A DNA stretch of 64,000 nt from assembly GCA_031359975.1 (NCBI GenBank), contig JANMAS010000499.1, positions 3,149 to 67,148 on the forward strand. Direction: 5' to 3'. Positions 1-9,371 of the stretch are shown here, one piece after another. Numbering within the stretch: the first letter of the stretch is position 1; every line of letters begins with the position of its first letter. The notes beneath the pieces are model-generated. The model saw only the letters and a list, made by a program, of their open reading frames with translations, was not told the DNA's origin and ran no database searches. A program made the translations under genes and the position numbers. This DNA is from Burkholderiales bacterium. Its GTDB lineage: Bacteria > Pseudomonadota > Gammaproteobacteria > Burkholderiales > Burkholderiaceae_C.

Positions 1-425
1 CGATCCCGATCGCCGAGGCGATCAGCGAGCGTTTCAGCGATCTCGACGAGCTCTACGACATCGGCGACATCGATCTGCACATGAGCGGCTGCATCAACTC
101 CTGCGGCCACCATCACACCGGCCACATCGGCATCCTCGGCGTCGACAAGGATGGCGCCGAGTGGTACCAGATCACCGTGGGCGGCGCCGATGGCTCCACG
201 CTCTCCGGCGATTCCGTGGCCGGCAAGGTGATCGGCCCGTCGTTCGCCGCGGAAGAAGTGCCCGACGTGATCGAAGCCCTGGTGCAGACGTACCGCGGCC
301 AGCGCGGCGCGGGCGAGCGCTTCATCGATACCGCCCGCCGCATCGGCGTGGCCCCGTTCAAGGCCGCCGCCAACGCGGTGCGTCGCGAAACCGCGCTCAC
401 GCACGCGGTCGCGGAAGCCGCCTGA
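1..425 (+). CDS. cysI: Sulfite reductase hemoprotein (nitrite/sulfite reductase family), 3' end only; the 5' end lies outside the window
   Basis: The frame is open from the window edge (phase from nt 3). It contains the C-terminal Fe-S/siroheme region motif SGCINSCGHHHTGHIGILG. DUF934 and cysH follow directly. Confidence 0.8.
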   Translation, partial: IPIAEAISERFSDLDELYDIGDIDLHMSGCINSCGHHHTGHIGILGVDKDGAEWYQITVGGADGSTLSGDSVAGKVIGPSFAAEEVPDVIEALVQTYRGQRGAGERFIDTARRIGVAPFKAAANAVRRETALTHAVAEAA

Positions 426-452
426 ATCATGCCCCCTGATCAAGGAGCCCGG

Positions 453-935
453 ATGATCATCACCTTCATCGATGCCGAACAGGATCCCTGGCGTGTGCAG
501 GAAGACGGCGCCGGTTTCGCACCGCATCGCCTGCTGACGCTTGCGCAGTGGCTGGCACTGCGCGATGAATGGCCGTCCGATCTGGCCTTCGGCCTCACGC
601 TGGCCCCCCACGAAGACGTTGAAGAATTCGGCGCCAAGGTGCACCGCGCCGCGTTGATCGTGCTGCACTTCCCCAAGTGGACCGACGGCCGCGCCTACTC
701 CCAGGCCCATCTGCTGCGCGCCCGCACGCGCTTTGCCGGGCAGATCCGCGCCACTGGCGATGTGGTGGTCGACATGGCCCCGCTCTTGCAACGCTGCGGC
801 TTCGATGCCGCGGTGCTGCGCACGGGCCAGCAGGTATCGGTGGCCGAACGGGCACTCGATTTTTTCAAGCCTCAGGGCCATTACCAGGGCGACGTGCATG
901 AGCCGCGCCCGTTTTTCTCGAGGAAGGCTGCATGA
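453..935 (+). CDS. DUF934 domain protein (sulfite-reductase-associated)
   Basis: ORF 429..935. The ATG at 453 sits 5 nt after AAGGAG (442-447). It lies in the conserved position between cysI and cysH, and its stop overlaps the cysH start (ATGA at 932-935). Confidence 0.75.
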   Translation: MIITFIDAEQDPWRVQEDGAGFAPHRLLTLAQWLALRDEWPSDLAFGLTLAPHEDVEEFGAKVHRAALIVLHFPKWTDGRAYSQAHLLRARTRFAGQIRATGDVVVDMAPLLQRCGFDAAVLRTGQQVSVAERALDFFKPQGHYQGDVHEPRPFFSRKAA

Positions 936-1741
936 ATACGTCCAGCGCGATCGAGCTGTACGCTCGCGCCACACCAGGATTCGAAGATCGCGTCGAACGC
1001 ACGCTGGCCGTGCTGCGCCAGGCCGCCGCCGAATTCGACGGTCAGGTGGTGTTTGCCACCAGCCTGGGTGCCGAAGACATGGTGATCGCCGACCTGATCG
1101 CCCGCCACCGCCTGCCGATCGCCATCGGCACGCTCGATACCGGTGCGCTGCACACCGAGACGCAGGCGATGATCTCCACGATCGAATCGCATTACGACGT
1201 GGCAGTGGAGGTGTATCGCCCACGCAGCGAGCAGGTAGTGCACTTCGTCAAGACCCACGGCGACCGTGCCATGTACCAGAGCCTCGATCTGCGCAAGGCC
1301 TGCTGCGGCATCCGCAAGCTCGAGCCGCTGGCACGCATGCTCGAAGGCCGCGATGCGTGGATCACCGGCATGCGCCGCGAGCAATCGCAGGCGCGTGGTG
1401 GTGTGCCGCATCGCGAGACCGACGACAAGGGCCGCGCCAAGTTCAACCCGCTGGCCGAGTGGAGCTGGAACGATGTGTGGCAATACATCGCAGTGAACCA
1501 GGTGCCCTACAACCCCCTGCATGACCGCTTTTTCCCCAGCATCGGCTGCGCGCCGTGCACGCGCGCCATCGCGGTGGGCGAGGATTTCCGCGCCGGCCGC
1601 TGGTGGTGGGAAGACGAAGCCCGGAAAGAATGCGGCCTGCACGTGGCCGGCGCCAGCGAGGCCGTCGTCTCGGCAATGCCGATCCTCGTGGAGCCCCTGG
1701 AATCCGAGGCTGCGGCGGCTCGGCATCCGGCGTACAACTGA
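932..1741 (+). CDS. cysH: Phosphoadenylyl-sulfate/adenylyl-sulfate reductase (thioredoxin-dependent, Fe-S type)
   Basis: 269-aa ORF with PAPS-reductase family motifs (CCGIRKLEPL, C-terminal KECGLH) and a SIGCAPCT cysteine pair typical of Fe-S-containing APS reductases. Confidence 0.9.
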   Translation: MNTSSAIELYARATPGFEDRVERTLAVLRQAAAEFDGQVVFATSLGAEDMVIADLIARHRLPIAIGTLDTGALHTETQAMISTIESHYDVAVEVYRPRSEQVVHFVKTHGDRAMYQSLDLRKACCGIRKLEPLARMLEGRDAWITGMRREQSQARGGVPHRETDDKGRAKFNPLAEWSWNDVWQYIAVNQVPYNPLHDRFFPSIGCAPCTRAIAVGEDFRAGRWWWEDEARKECGLHVAGASEAVVSAMPILVEPLESEAAAARHPAYN

Positions 1742-1743
1742 GC

Positions 1744-2514
1744 ATGGGCAAGGTTGTCTTCATCGGCGCGGGGCCCGGCACCGCCGATCTGATCACCCTG
1801 CGCGGTGTGCAGCGCCTGTCGCAGGCCGACGTGGTGCTCACCGATGCGCTGGTCGATCCGGCGTTGCGTTTGCATGCGCCGCGGGCCCAGTGGATCGACG
1901 TGGGCAAGCGCGGATTTTGTGATTCCACCGCGCAAACCAAGATCAATGCGCTGCTGGTGCGCTACGCCCGCACGCATGCCAACGTGGTGCGGCTCAAGGG
2001 CGGGGATCCGAGTGTCTTCGGCCGCCTCGAAGAAGAGCTCGAAGCGCTGGCCGAAGCCGGCATCGCCTGCGAAGTGGTGCCCGGCGTTACCGCCGCGCTC
2101 GCCGCGGCGGCGCAAGCACAACGCCCGCTCACCCGCCGTGGCGCGGGCCGCAGCGTGGCCCTCACCACCGCGATGACACGCAGCGGCGAGCTCGAAGGCC
2201 GCCGGGGCGCCGATACCGAAGTGTTCTACATGGCCGGCAGGCAGTTGACGGCCCTGTCGCGGCGCCTGCAGCAGGCGGGCTGGAGCGCCGATACACCGGC
2301 GGTGGTGGTCTCGCATGCGGGGCACGCGGATGCCATCGTCAGCACGCACGAGGTGGGCACGTTGGCCGCTGGTGCGGTGCTGCATGCCGGCCGGCCGGCC
2401 GTGGTCACCGTGGGCGTGGGCGCAACGGCCATTTCTGCCGGCCCGGTGCGGGCGGCAGGCGATGCAGCCCCTACCGAAGCCCTGGCCAGCCTGAGGGACG
2501 CCGACGAGCGCTGA
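1744..2514 (+). CDS. cobA: Uroporphyrinogen-III C-methyltransferase (SUMT; siroheme branch)
   Basis: The internal ATG at 1744 of ORF 1555..2514 gives [21 protein letters not shown]...VVLTDALV and [12 protein letters not shown] motifs, which mark the tetrapyrrole methylase family. Confidence 0.85.
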   Translation: MGKVVFIGAGPGTADLITLRGVQRLSQADVVLTDALVDPALRLHAPRAQWIDVGKRGFCDSTAQTKINALLVRYARTHANVVRLKGGDPSVFGRLEEELEALAEAGIACEVVPGVTAALAAAAQAQRPLTRRGAGRSVALTTAMTRSGELEGRRGADTEVFYMAGRQLTALSRRLQQAGWSADTPAVVVSHAGHADAIVSTHEVGTLAAGAVLHAGRPAVVTVGVGATAISAGPVRAAGDAAPTEALASLRDADER

Positions 2515-2648
2515 CCGCCCGCATTTACAATCTGCCGATGGTTGCTGCCCTGTGTGGCGGTACGGGTGTGCCACTCACCGCCACTGCTGGCCGACGAGGT
2601 AACGCCTCGGCCCGGATCCCAGAACGCCCCCAATCGAACGAGATCGCA

Positions 2649-2972
2649 ATGACCCACGTCGTGACCGAATCCTGCATCCGCTGCAAGTACACCGATTGCG
2701 TGGACGTCTGCCCGGTCGATTGTTTTCGCGAAGGCCCCAACTTCCTCACCATCGATCCCGACGAGTGCATCGATTGCGCGGTGTGCATCCCCGAATGCCC
2801 GGTCAACGCCATCCTGCCCGAAGAAGACGTGCCCGCGCACCAGATGCACTTCATCAAGCTCAACGCCGAGCTGGCCCGGGGCTGGCCCAGCATCACCCGG
2901 CGCAAGGCCGCACCGGCCGATGCCGACGAATGGAAAGACCGCACCGACAAGCTCTCCGAGCTGATCCGCTGA
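2649..2972 (+). CDS. fdxA: 7Fe ferredoxin (Azotobacter FdxA type)
   Basis: The ATG at 2649 gives [26 protein letters not shown]...[12 protein letters not shown], a [3Fe-4S][4Fe-4S] cysteine pattern. 107 aa. Confidence 0.9.
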   Translation: MTHVVTESCIRCKYTDCVDVCPVDCFREGPNFLTIDPDECIDCAVCIPECPVNAILPEEDVPAHQMHFIKLNAELARGWPSITRRKAAPADADEWKDRTDKLSELIR

Positions 2973-3020
2973 CAACGAATCGAAGACGACTGGCCCGTGC
3001 AAGCGGCCACCCCACCCATC

Positions 3021-4121
3021 ATGGAACCCACGCCCAACCAACAGATCGCCGATGTCGCCGCCAGCCATGACGGCCCGATCGAAACCGATGCGGTGATCAT
3101 CGGCGCCGGGCCTGTCGGCCTGTTTCAGGTCTTTGAACTCGGGCTGCTCGAGATCAAGGCGCACGTGATCGATTCGCTCGCCTATCCCGGCGGGCAATGC
3201 ATCGAGCTGTACCCCGACAAGCCCATCTACGACATCCCGGCCGTGCCCATGTGCACCGGCAAGGAACTCACCGACAGCCTGCTGCGCCAGATCGAGCCCT
3301 TTGGGGCCACGTTCCACCTCGGCCAGGAAGTGACGCTGGTGCACAAGCAGGAGGATGGCCGCTTCCAGGTCGAAACCTCCAAGGGCACGCGCTTTCTCAC
3401 CAAGACGATCTTCATCGCCGGCGGCGTGGGCTCGTTCCAGCCGCGCTTGCTGCGGGTGGACGGCCTGGATCGTTTTCATGACGACCAGCTCTTCTACCGC
3501 GTCAAGAATCCGCAGCGTTTTGCCGGCAAGAACCTGGTGATCATCGGCGGCGGCGATTCGGCGCTCGACTGGGCGCTCAACTTCGCCCAGCCCGGGCCGC
3601 ACCAGGCCGAAAGCGTGATCCTCATCCACCGCCGCGACGGCTTCCGTGCCGCACCGGCTTCGGTGGCGCGCATGAAGGAGATGTGCGAGAACTACGAGAT
3701 GCAGTTCGTCGTCGGCCAGGTCACCGGTTTCGATGAAACCGACAGCCGGCTGAGCGGTCTCAAGGTAACCGGCGGCGACGGCGTCACCCGCGTGGTGCCG
3801 CTGGATATGCTGCTGGTGTTCTTCGGCCTCTCGCCCAAGCTCGGCCCGATCGCCGAATGGGGCTTGTCGATCGAGCGCAAGCAGATCGTTGTCGATACCG
3901 AGAAGTTCGAAACCAACGTACCGGGCATCTTTGCGGTGGGCGACATCAACACCTACCCCGGCAAGAAGAAGCTGATCCTTTCGGGCTTTCACGAAGCCGC
4001 CCTGGCGGCGTTCGGCGCCGCGCCCTACGTGTTCCCCGACAAGCGCATCATGCTGCAGTACACCACCACCAGCCCCAAGCTGCACAAGGTTCTGGGCGTG
4101 GAAACGCCGGTGTTCGATTAG
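3021..4121 (+). CDS. Ferredoxin-NADP(+) reductase, thioredoxin-reductase-like type
   Basis: FAD motif [10 protein letters not shown], a YPGGQ...[11 protein letters not shown] signature and NAD(P) motif [12 protein letters not shown]. The start could be ATG 3021 or GTG 2997. Confidence 0.85.
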   Translation: MEPTPNQQIADVAASHDGPIETDAVIIGAGPVGLFQVFELGLLEIKAHVIDSLAYPGGQCIELYPDKPIYDIPAVPMCTGKELTDSLLRQIEPFGATFHLGQEVTLVHKQEDGRFQVETSKGTRFLTKTIFIAGGVGSFQPRLLRVDGLDRFHDDQLFYRVKNPQRFAGKNLVIIGGGDSALDWALNFAQPGPHQAESVILIHRRDGFRAAPASVARMKEMCENYEMQFVVGQVTGFDETDSRLSGLKVTGGDGVTRVVPLDMLLVFFGLSPKLGPIAEWGLSIERKQIVVDTEKFETNVPGIFAVGDINTYPGKKKLILSGFHEAALAAFGAAPYVFPDKRIMLQYTTTSPKLHKVLGVETPVFD

Positions 4122-4140
4122 GGCCTTTTCAGGCAACTCA

Positions 4141-4710
4141 CTGGAAGCCTTTTTCGTCTCCACCGGTATCGTCGCCCTCGGCGAGATGGGCGACAAGACA
4201 CAGCTCCTCGCGCTGCTGCTCGCCGCCAGGTTTCGGCGCCCGCTGCCCATCATCCTGGGCATCCTGGTGGCCACGCTGGTCAACCATGCCCTGGCCGGCC
4301 TGTTGGGCGACTGGATCGCCCGCGCGCTCGGTCCCGACGTGCTGCGCTGGGTGATCGGCCTGTCGTTCCTCGGCATGGCGGTTTGGATGATGATCCCCGA
4401 CAAGCTCGACGAAGAAGCCGAACGGCCCCTGCGCTTTGGCGTGTTCGGCACCACGGTGATCGCGTTTTTCCTCGCCGAGATGGGCGACAAGACGCAGATC
4501 GCCACCGTGGCCCTGGCCGCCCGCTACACCGATCTGGTGGCCGTCGTGGCCGGCACCACGCTGGGCATGATGCTGGCCAACGTGCCGGCGGTGCTGCTCG
4601 GCGATGTGGTGGCCAGGAAGGTGTCGATGAAGCTGGTGCACGGCGTGGCTGCGGCGATCTTCGCGGTGCTGGGCGTGCTCACCTTGTTCAACGTGGGCAA
4701 GCTGTTCTGA
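4141..4710 (+). CDS. UPF0016 / GDT1 (TMEM165) family cation transporter; probable CTG start
   Basis: Two E-x-GDKTQ motifs (ALGEMGDKTQ, FLAEMGDKTQ). The first motif and its TM helix start upstream of the first ATG (4186). The only in-frame start-like codon there is CTG 4141 (LEAFFVSTGIVALGE...). Confidence 0.7.
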   Translation: MEAFFVSTGIVALGEMGDKTQLLALLLAARFRRPLPIILGILVATLVNHALAGLLGDWIARALGPDVLRWVIGLSFLGMAVWMMIPDKLDEEAERPLRFGVFGTTVIAFFLAEMGDKTQIATVALAARYTDLVAVVAGTTLGMMLANVPAVLLGDVVARKVSMKLVHGVAAAIFAVLGVLTLFNVGKLF

Positions 4711-4748
4711 TTCGACCGCCGGCGGCCATGCCGTCATAATCTGGTCTG

Positions 4749-4770
4749 CTGCGGGCCTACCGGCCCGCAG
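4749..4770 (+). terminator. GC-rich hairpin downstream of the GDT1-family gene (possible terminator, no U-tract)
   Basis: Perfect 9-bp stem CTGCGGGCC / GGCCCGCAG with a 4-nt loop, 39 nt after the stop at 4710. Confidence 0.35.
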
Positions 4771-4858
4771 CTTCGCTAGGGGTGCTTCTGCCGCTTGATG
4801 CGGCGAGGCTGAGAAAGTCCCTTTGAACCTGAATGAGGTAATCCTCGCGCAGGGAAGC
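4770..4858 (+). promoter_or_regulatory. TPP (thiamine pyrophosphate) riboswitch, THI element
   Basis: Conserved THI-box core read directly: GGGGTGC ... GCTGAGA ... CCCTTTGAACCTGA..GGTAAT..GCGCAGGGAAGC. A closing P1 pairs GCTTC (4770-4774) with GAAGC (4854-4858). It lies about 115 nt upstream of the receptor ATG. Confidence 0.8.
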
Positions 4859-4974
4859 CGTCTGATGCAGCGCAAAACTGTGGGATGGGCCGACCGTGTC
4901 GTCTTCGATGCGGTGTGCCTGTTCGTTTGCGCCACCTCCAGTGTGCCGCCCTGCCATCGCCCTCCGGAGCATCG

Positions 4975-7128
4975 ATGGCAACGTTTTTCAATTTCAATCG
5001 TCTCGCGCTGACGTGCGCCGCCACGGCCGCAGCGTTTTTTCAACCACCCATCCATGCCGCCGAAGCGGCAACGACAGCCGAGACCATCGTCGTCACCGGC
5101 CGCGCCATACCGCCCACCGCCGGCATCGGCGGCTTCGGCCCGACACCGCTCGCGCAGACACCGCTCCAGGCCAGCGTGATCAGCCGCGCCCAGCTCGACG
5201 ATGCCGGTGTCAGCCGCCTGTCCGACATCACCTCGCTCGACGCCAGCATCGCCGACGCCTACAACGCGCCGGGCTACTGGAGCAGCTTCAGCGTGCGCGG
5301 TTATGGCGTCGACAACCGCTTCAACTTTCGCCGCGACGGCTTGCCCGTCAACGGCGAAACCGTGATCCCGATCGACAACCTGGATCGGGTGGAGATCCTC
5401 AAAGGCATCAGCGGCATGCAGGCCGGCACCAGCGCGCCCGGCGGCCTGGTCAACCTGATCGTCAAGCGCCCCTTGAGCAACGGCCAGGCCAATGCCAGCC
5501 GCGCCACGCTGGGCTGGACGGAGCGCGGTTCGGTACTCGTCGCCGCCGACCTGAACCGGCGCTTTGGCGACGACGAGCGCTTCGGCATCCGGCTCAACGC
5601 CGCCTACGAGCACATCGACCCCAAGATCCAGGCCGCCCAGGGCCAGCGCCGCCTCGTTGCGCTGGCCGGCGAGTGGCGCGCAAGTGCCGATACGCTGATC
5701 GAGGCCGACGTCGAGACCAGCCATCAGTCAGCCCCCAGCGTGCCGGCCTTCAGCCTGCTCGGCAACACCCTGCCGGATGCAAAGAGCATCGATCCCACCA
5801 TCAACCTCAACAACCAGCCGTGGTCGTTGCCGGTGGTGTTTGATGGCACCACCGCCACCTTGCGGTGGCAGCAGCAGCTCGGCCCTGACTGGCGCTTCAC
5901 CGCGCACGCCGGTATCCAGCGCCTGCGCACCGACGATCGCCTCGCCTACCCCTACGGCTGCTGGCAGGAAGACGCCTACGACCGCTATTGCTCGGACGGC
6001 AGCTTCAACTACTACGCCTTTCAAAGCGACAACGAACGCCGCCGCACCGATGCGCTCGACCTCTCGCTGCAAGGCCGGGTGCAGACCGGCCCGCTGCAGC
6101 ACCAGCTCACGCTCGGCGTGCTCGGCAGCCGCTTCGAAGCGCGCTTGCAACCGCGCGTGGACGACGGCGTGTGGGTGGGCAACGGCACGATCGACGGCCT
6201 CACCGTGATCCCCACGCTGCCCGCGCTGGAGCTGGTGCCCAACACCAACCGCACCGAGCGCAACACCGAGTTCTACCTGCGCGACCAGATCGCCCTCGGC
6301 CCCGATGGGCGCCTGTGGGTGGGCGCCCGCCACACCCGCCTGCAACGCGAGAGCGTGCGCACCGACGGCAGCCGGCCCACCCGCTACAACCAATCGGTGA
6401 CCACGTCGTGGCTCGCGGTGAGCTATGCGTTCGCGCCGGATCAGATGGCCTACGCCAGCTGGGGCCAGGGCATCGAATCGAGCGTCACGCCCAACAAGTC
6501 CGGCTACGTCAACCCCGGCCAGCCGCTGCCCGCGCAAAAGAGCCGGCAGATCGAGGTGGGCCTCAAAGGCGACATCGACAACCTCAGCTGGACGTTGGCC
6601 GCCTTCGACATCGATCGCCCCACGGTCACCGACGACGGCGAGAACTTCGTCATCGACGGCACCCAACGCCATCGCGGCCTCGAAGCCAGCCTCGCCTGGC
6701 GCAGCGGCCCCTTTGAGCTGAACGCCAGCGCGATGGCCCTGCGCGCAAGCCGCGAGGGCGCCCAGGATGTCAGCCAGAACGGCCTGAACCCCACCAACGT
6801 GCCCGAGCGCACCGCCAAGCTGCAGGCCGGCTACGACCTCGCCGCCCTACCCGGCCTCACCGTGCTGGGCGCGATGGTGTTCGAAAGCGGCCGCTACCTG
6901 CTGCCCGACAACAGCGTGCGCATTCCGAGCTGGACGAGCCTGAATCTGGGCGTGCGCTACACCCTGCGCGCCGCCGCCGCCAGCGCCACCACCACCACCC
7001 TGCGCGCCAGCATCGACAACCTCGCCGACCATCGCGCCTGGCGCGAATCGCCCTACCAGTACGGCCACGCCTACCTGTACCCGCTGGCCCCGCGCACCGT
7101 GTCGCTCTCGGCACAGGTGGCGTTCTGA
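4975..7128 (+). CDS. TonB-dependent outer-membrane receptor (riboswitch context predicts a thiamine-related substrate)
   Basis: The internal ATG at 4975 gives a signal peptide (...AAFFQPPIHAAEA). The plug region reads ETIVVTG...VEILKGISGMQAG. The beta-barrel ends in a terminal aromatic residue (...SLSAQVAF). Confidence 0.9.
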   Translation: MATFFNFNRLALTCAATAAAFFQPPIHAAEAATTAETIVVTGRAIPPTAGIGGFGPTPLAQTPLQASVISRAQLDDAGVSRLSDITSLDASIADAYNAPGYWSSFSVRGYGVDNRFNFRRDGLPVNGETVIPIDNLDRVEILKGISGMQAGTSAPGGLVNLIVKRPLSNGQANASRATLGWTERGSVLVAADLNRRFGDDERFGIRLNAAYEHIDPKIQAAQGQRRLVALAGEWRASADTLIEADVETSHQSAPSVPAFSLLGNTLPDAKSIDPTINLNNQPWSLPVVFDGTTATLRWQQQLGPDWRFTAHAGIQRLRTDDRLAYPYGCWQEDAYDRYCSDGSFNYYAFQSDNERRRTDALDLSLQGRVQTGPLQHQLTLGVLGSRFEARLQPRVDDGVWVGNGTIDGLTVIPTLPALELVPNTNRTERNTEFYLRDQIALGPDGRLWVGARHTRLQRESVRTDGSRPTRYNQSVTTSWLAVSYAFAPDQMAYASWGQGIESSVTPNKSGYVNPGQPLPAQKSRQIEVGLKGDIDNLSWTLAAFDIDRPTVTDDGENFVIDGTQRHRGLEASLAWRSGPFELNASAMALRASREGAQDVSQNGLNPTNVPERTAKLQAGYDLAALPGLTVLGAMVFESGRYLLPDNSVRIPSWTSLNLGVRYTLRAAAASATTTTLRASIDNLADHRAWRESPYQYGHAYLYPLAPRTVSLSAQVAF

Positions 7129-7171
7129 GCGCCAGAGCACTTGCTGCCGGCTGGCTATAATCGCCGGCTGT

Positions 7172-7247
7172 TCCCTGATAGCTCAGTTGGTAGAGCGACG
7201 GACTGTTAATCCGCAGGTCCCTGGTTCGAGTCCAGGTCGGGGAGCCA
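7172..7247 (+). tRNA. tRNA-Asn (anticodon GTT at 7205-7207)
   Basis: 76-nt cloverleaf. The acceptor stem is TCCCTGA/TCGGGGA with one G-U pair, the anticodon loop is CTGTTAA, the T-arm is CCTGGTTCGAGTCCAGG, and CCA is encoded. A TATAAT hexamer sits at 7156-7161. Confidence 0.93.
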
Positions 7248-7265
7248 AGAATAGTGATTCAGATC

Positions 7266-7299
7266 AAGGCCTTGCAGAAATGCGAGGCCTTTTTCGTTT
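7266..7299 (+). terminator. Rho-independent terminator of tRNA-Asn
   Basis: 10-bp stem AAGGCCTTGC / GCGAGGCCTT (1 mismatch) with loop AGAAAT, followed by TTTTTCGTTT. Confidence 0.6.
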
Positions 7300-7561
7300 C
7301 CGGAAGAATATTGCAAGCTTCCAATTTCCAGTGCGGCATCGATCCGCCGAGACCACGCGAGAACGCCATCGTCTCCCTCTGAAAGACAGCGCGGAGCCGA
7401 GAGCCCAGAGGCCTGGGAGAGCGACGGATAGAAGCGGCGTTCGGACCAGAGCGTTGCGCCTGTGCTGCGCGCTTCGAACAACGGCTTCGTACCCACGCTG
7501 CACGATGCGCCCGCACCCACGCTTGATGAGAAGGCTCGCGGCGGCCACGCCTGCGACCGCC

Positions 7562-8077
7562 TCAGGCGAGTGCGCTATCGACGGTGGAAACTGTCACACG
7601 CGGGGGGAGACCGGCCACGGCGATCAGGTGCAGCATCTCGCTGACGGTGGTGCTCGCGTCCGCCAGCACGGTCACCTTCCGGTATTCGTCGGCCCGACGC
7701 GATACGGCGGTGTGGGTGACGCAGTTCTGGGTCATCATCCCGCAAACGATCAGTTCGTCTGCCCCGAGGCCTTGCAGCGTCTCGTGGAGGGTGGTTCCCT
7801 CGAACGCGTCGGCATGCTGCTTGACGACGATAGGCGCATCGCCGACGGCGGCGCGCACACGCTCGTGCAGTTTCACGCCTTCTGTTTCAGGGTTGAAGAA
7901 CGGTGACGGGCCATTGGCAATGTGCTGGACGAACACGACGGGCACTCCCTTGGCGCGGGCGTTGTGAATGGCCTTCTCGGTGGCCGCGAGCGTTGGCTCA
8001 GCGTTCCATAGCGGGAAGGCCCCGCCTTCGAAATAGTCGTTCTGAATGTCGATGACGACGAGTGCTGGCTTGCTCAT
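7562..8077 (-). CDS. Isochorismatase-family cysteine hydrolase
   Basis: The ATG at 8077 is preceded by GGAGGAA. The N-terminus MSKPALVVIDIQNDYF...VVFVQH is typical of the family. 171 aa. Confidence 0.85.
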   Translation of the reverse strand: MSKPALVVIDIQNDYFEGGAFPLWNAEPTLAATEKAIHNARAKGVPVVFVQHIANGPSPFFNPETEGVKLHERVRAAVGDAPIVVKQHADAFEGTTLHETLQGLGADELIVCGMMTQNCVTHTAVSRRADEYRKVTVLADASTTVSEMLHLIAVAGLPPRVTVSTVDSALA

Positions 8078-8201
8078 GAATTCCTCCGCAGAGAGCTGGT
8101 TTCGAACAAGCTGATTGTTCGTGCAGGCGTCCGTTTCTCCCACTGGCCCGAATGCCGTCTTGCGATAAGATCAGGCCATTCTCTGGCATTCGACCCCCAT
8201 C

Positions 8202-9176
8202 ATGAAGTCCCACGCTCGCAAGCGACTCGTCGCCGTGGTCGCTTTCGATGGCATCAGCGCGTTCCACCTTTCGGTTCCCTGCATGGTGTTTGCGGACGCG
8301 CTACCCGAAGGCAGCCCATTTGAAGTCGTCGTGTGCGCGGCCGAAAGTGGCACGGTGCGCACCCGAACCGGGTTCGGCCTCACCGACCTCGCGCCCCTCT
8401 CGGTGCTCAAGAAAGCCGATGCGATCGTGGTGCCCAGTTGGCGGGACGTAGACGAAGCGGCCCCCAGGCTGCTGCTCAACGCTCTGCGCGCGGCGCACGC
8501 ACGCGGTGCACAGATCGTCGGCTTGTGCCTGGGGGCTCACGTGCTGGCCGAGGCGGGATTGTTGGACGGGCGCCGAGCAACAACGCATTGGGAATACGCC
8601 AAGTCGTTTGCGCAGCGCTTTCCGACCATCGACGTCGATGCTGACGTGCTCTATGTGGAAGATGGAAATGTGCTGACCTCCGCGGGCACGGCGGCGGGTA
8701 TCGACGCATGCCTGTACCTGCTGCGCAAGCAACTCGGCGCGGCGGAAGCCAACCGCGTTGCGCGCAGACTCGTCGTGCCTCCCCACCGGGAAGGCGGCCA
8801 AGCCCAGTTCATCGAGCAGCCGCTTCCCAGGACGGTGGGTGGTGCGCGGCTGGCCCACCTGATCGACGACGTGCGCAAGCGTCTCGGGCAGCAGCACACG
8901 CTGGACAGCTTGGCCCGTGACGCGAAGATGAGCCGTCGCACCTTCACGCGCCAATTCAAGGCATTGACCGGAACCAGCGTTCAGTCTTGGTTGCTGGCCG
9001 AGCGGCTCGCGTTCTCTCAGCGCCTGCTGGAGACAACGGATCAATCAGTTGAGAATGTCAGCGACATGGCCGGCTTCGGTTCAGCCGTATCGCTGCGCCA
9101 TCACTTTCGTCGGGCGTTCAGCGTGTCGCCGATGACATGGCGGCGGAACTTCGGCTGTCCTTTCACGCGGGCCTAG
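8202..9176 (+). CDS. GlxA-family transcriptional regulator (DJ-1/PfpI-like domain plus AraC HTH)
   Basis: The N-terminal amidotransferase-like domain reads VAVVAFDGISAFHLSVP...GLCLGAHVLAEAGLLDGRRATTHW. A C-terminal AraC-type HTH follows. It is divergent from the isochorismatase gene. Confidence 0.85.
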   Translation: MKSHARKRLVAVVAFDGISAFHLSVPCMVFADALPEGSPFEVVVCAAESGTVRTRTGFGLTDLAPLSVLKKADAIVVPSWRDVDEAAPRLLLNALRAAHARGAQIVGLCLGAHVLAEAGLLDGRRATTHWEYAKSFAQRFPTIDVDADVLYVEDGNVLTSAGTAAGIDACLYLLRKQLGAAEANRVARRLVVPPHREGGQAQFIEQPLPRTVGGARLAHLIDDVRKRLGQQHTLDSLARDAKMSRRTFTRQFKALTGTSVQSWLLAERLAFSQRLLETTDQSVENVSDMAGFGSAVSLRHHFRRAFSVSPMTWRRNFGCPFTRA

Positions 9177-9371
9177 GGCAAAGGGCCACCAGGTGCGCGC
9201 GGTGGCGGGTCGGCGGTCGCTGCGCGGACGCGCGTCAAGGCACTCAGCGACCCTCCTCGTCCTGTCACGCGAAGGAACCCGGGAACCCCTTGGCGGCGCA
9301 CAGTGATCCAACGACGGGACATCCTCTAGGCCCCCTTTCCCAAGCCCGCGAGGCATGAGGAGCGCTGACGG

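Noticed and set aside
2226-4505. 759-aa minus-strand ORF spanning fdxA, the ferredoxin-NADP reductase and the GDT1-family gene
   Set aside because: It is antisense to three genes with clear family motifs. Its translation is low-complexity and Arg/Ala/Gly-rich, as expected for a high-GC shadow ORF.
7300-7560. Several overlapping 85-104-aa ORFs on both strands just after tRNA-Asn
   Set aside because: They are mutually overlapping, without RBS or motifs. The region is treated as non-coding or degraded DNA at the island junction.
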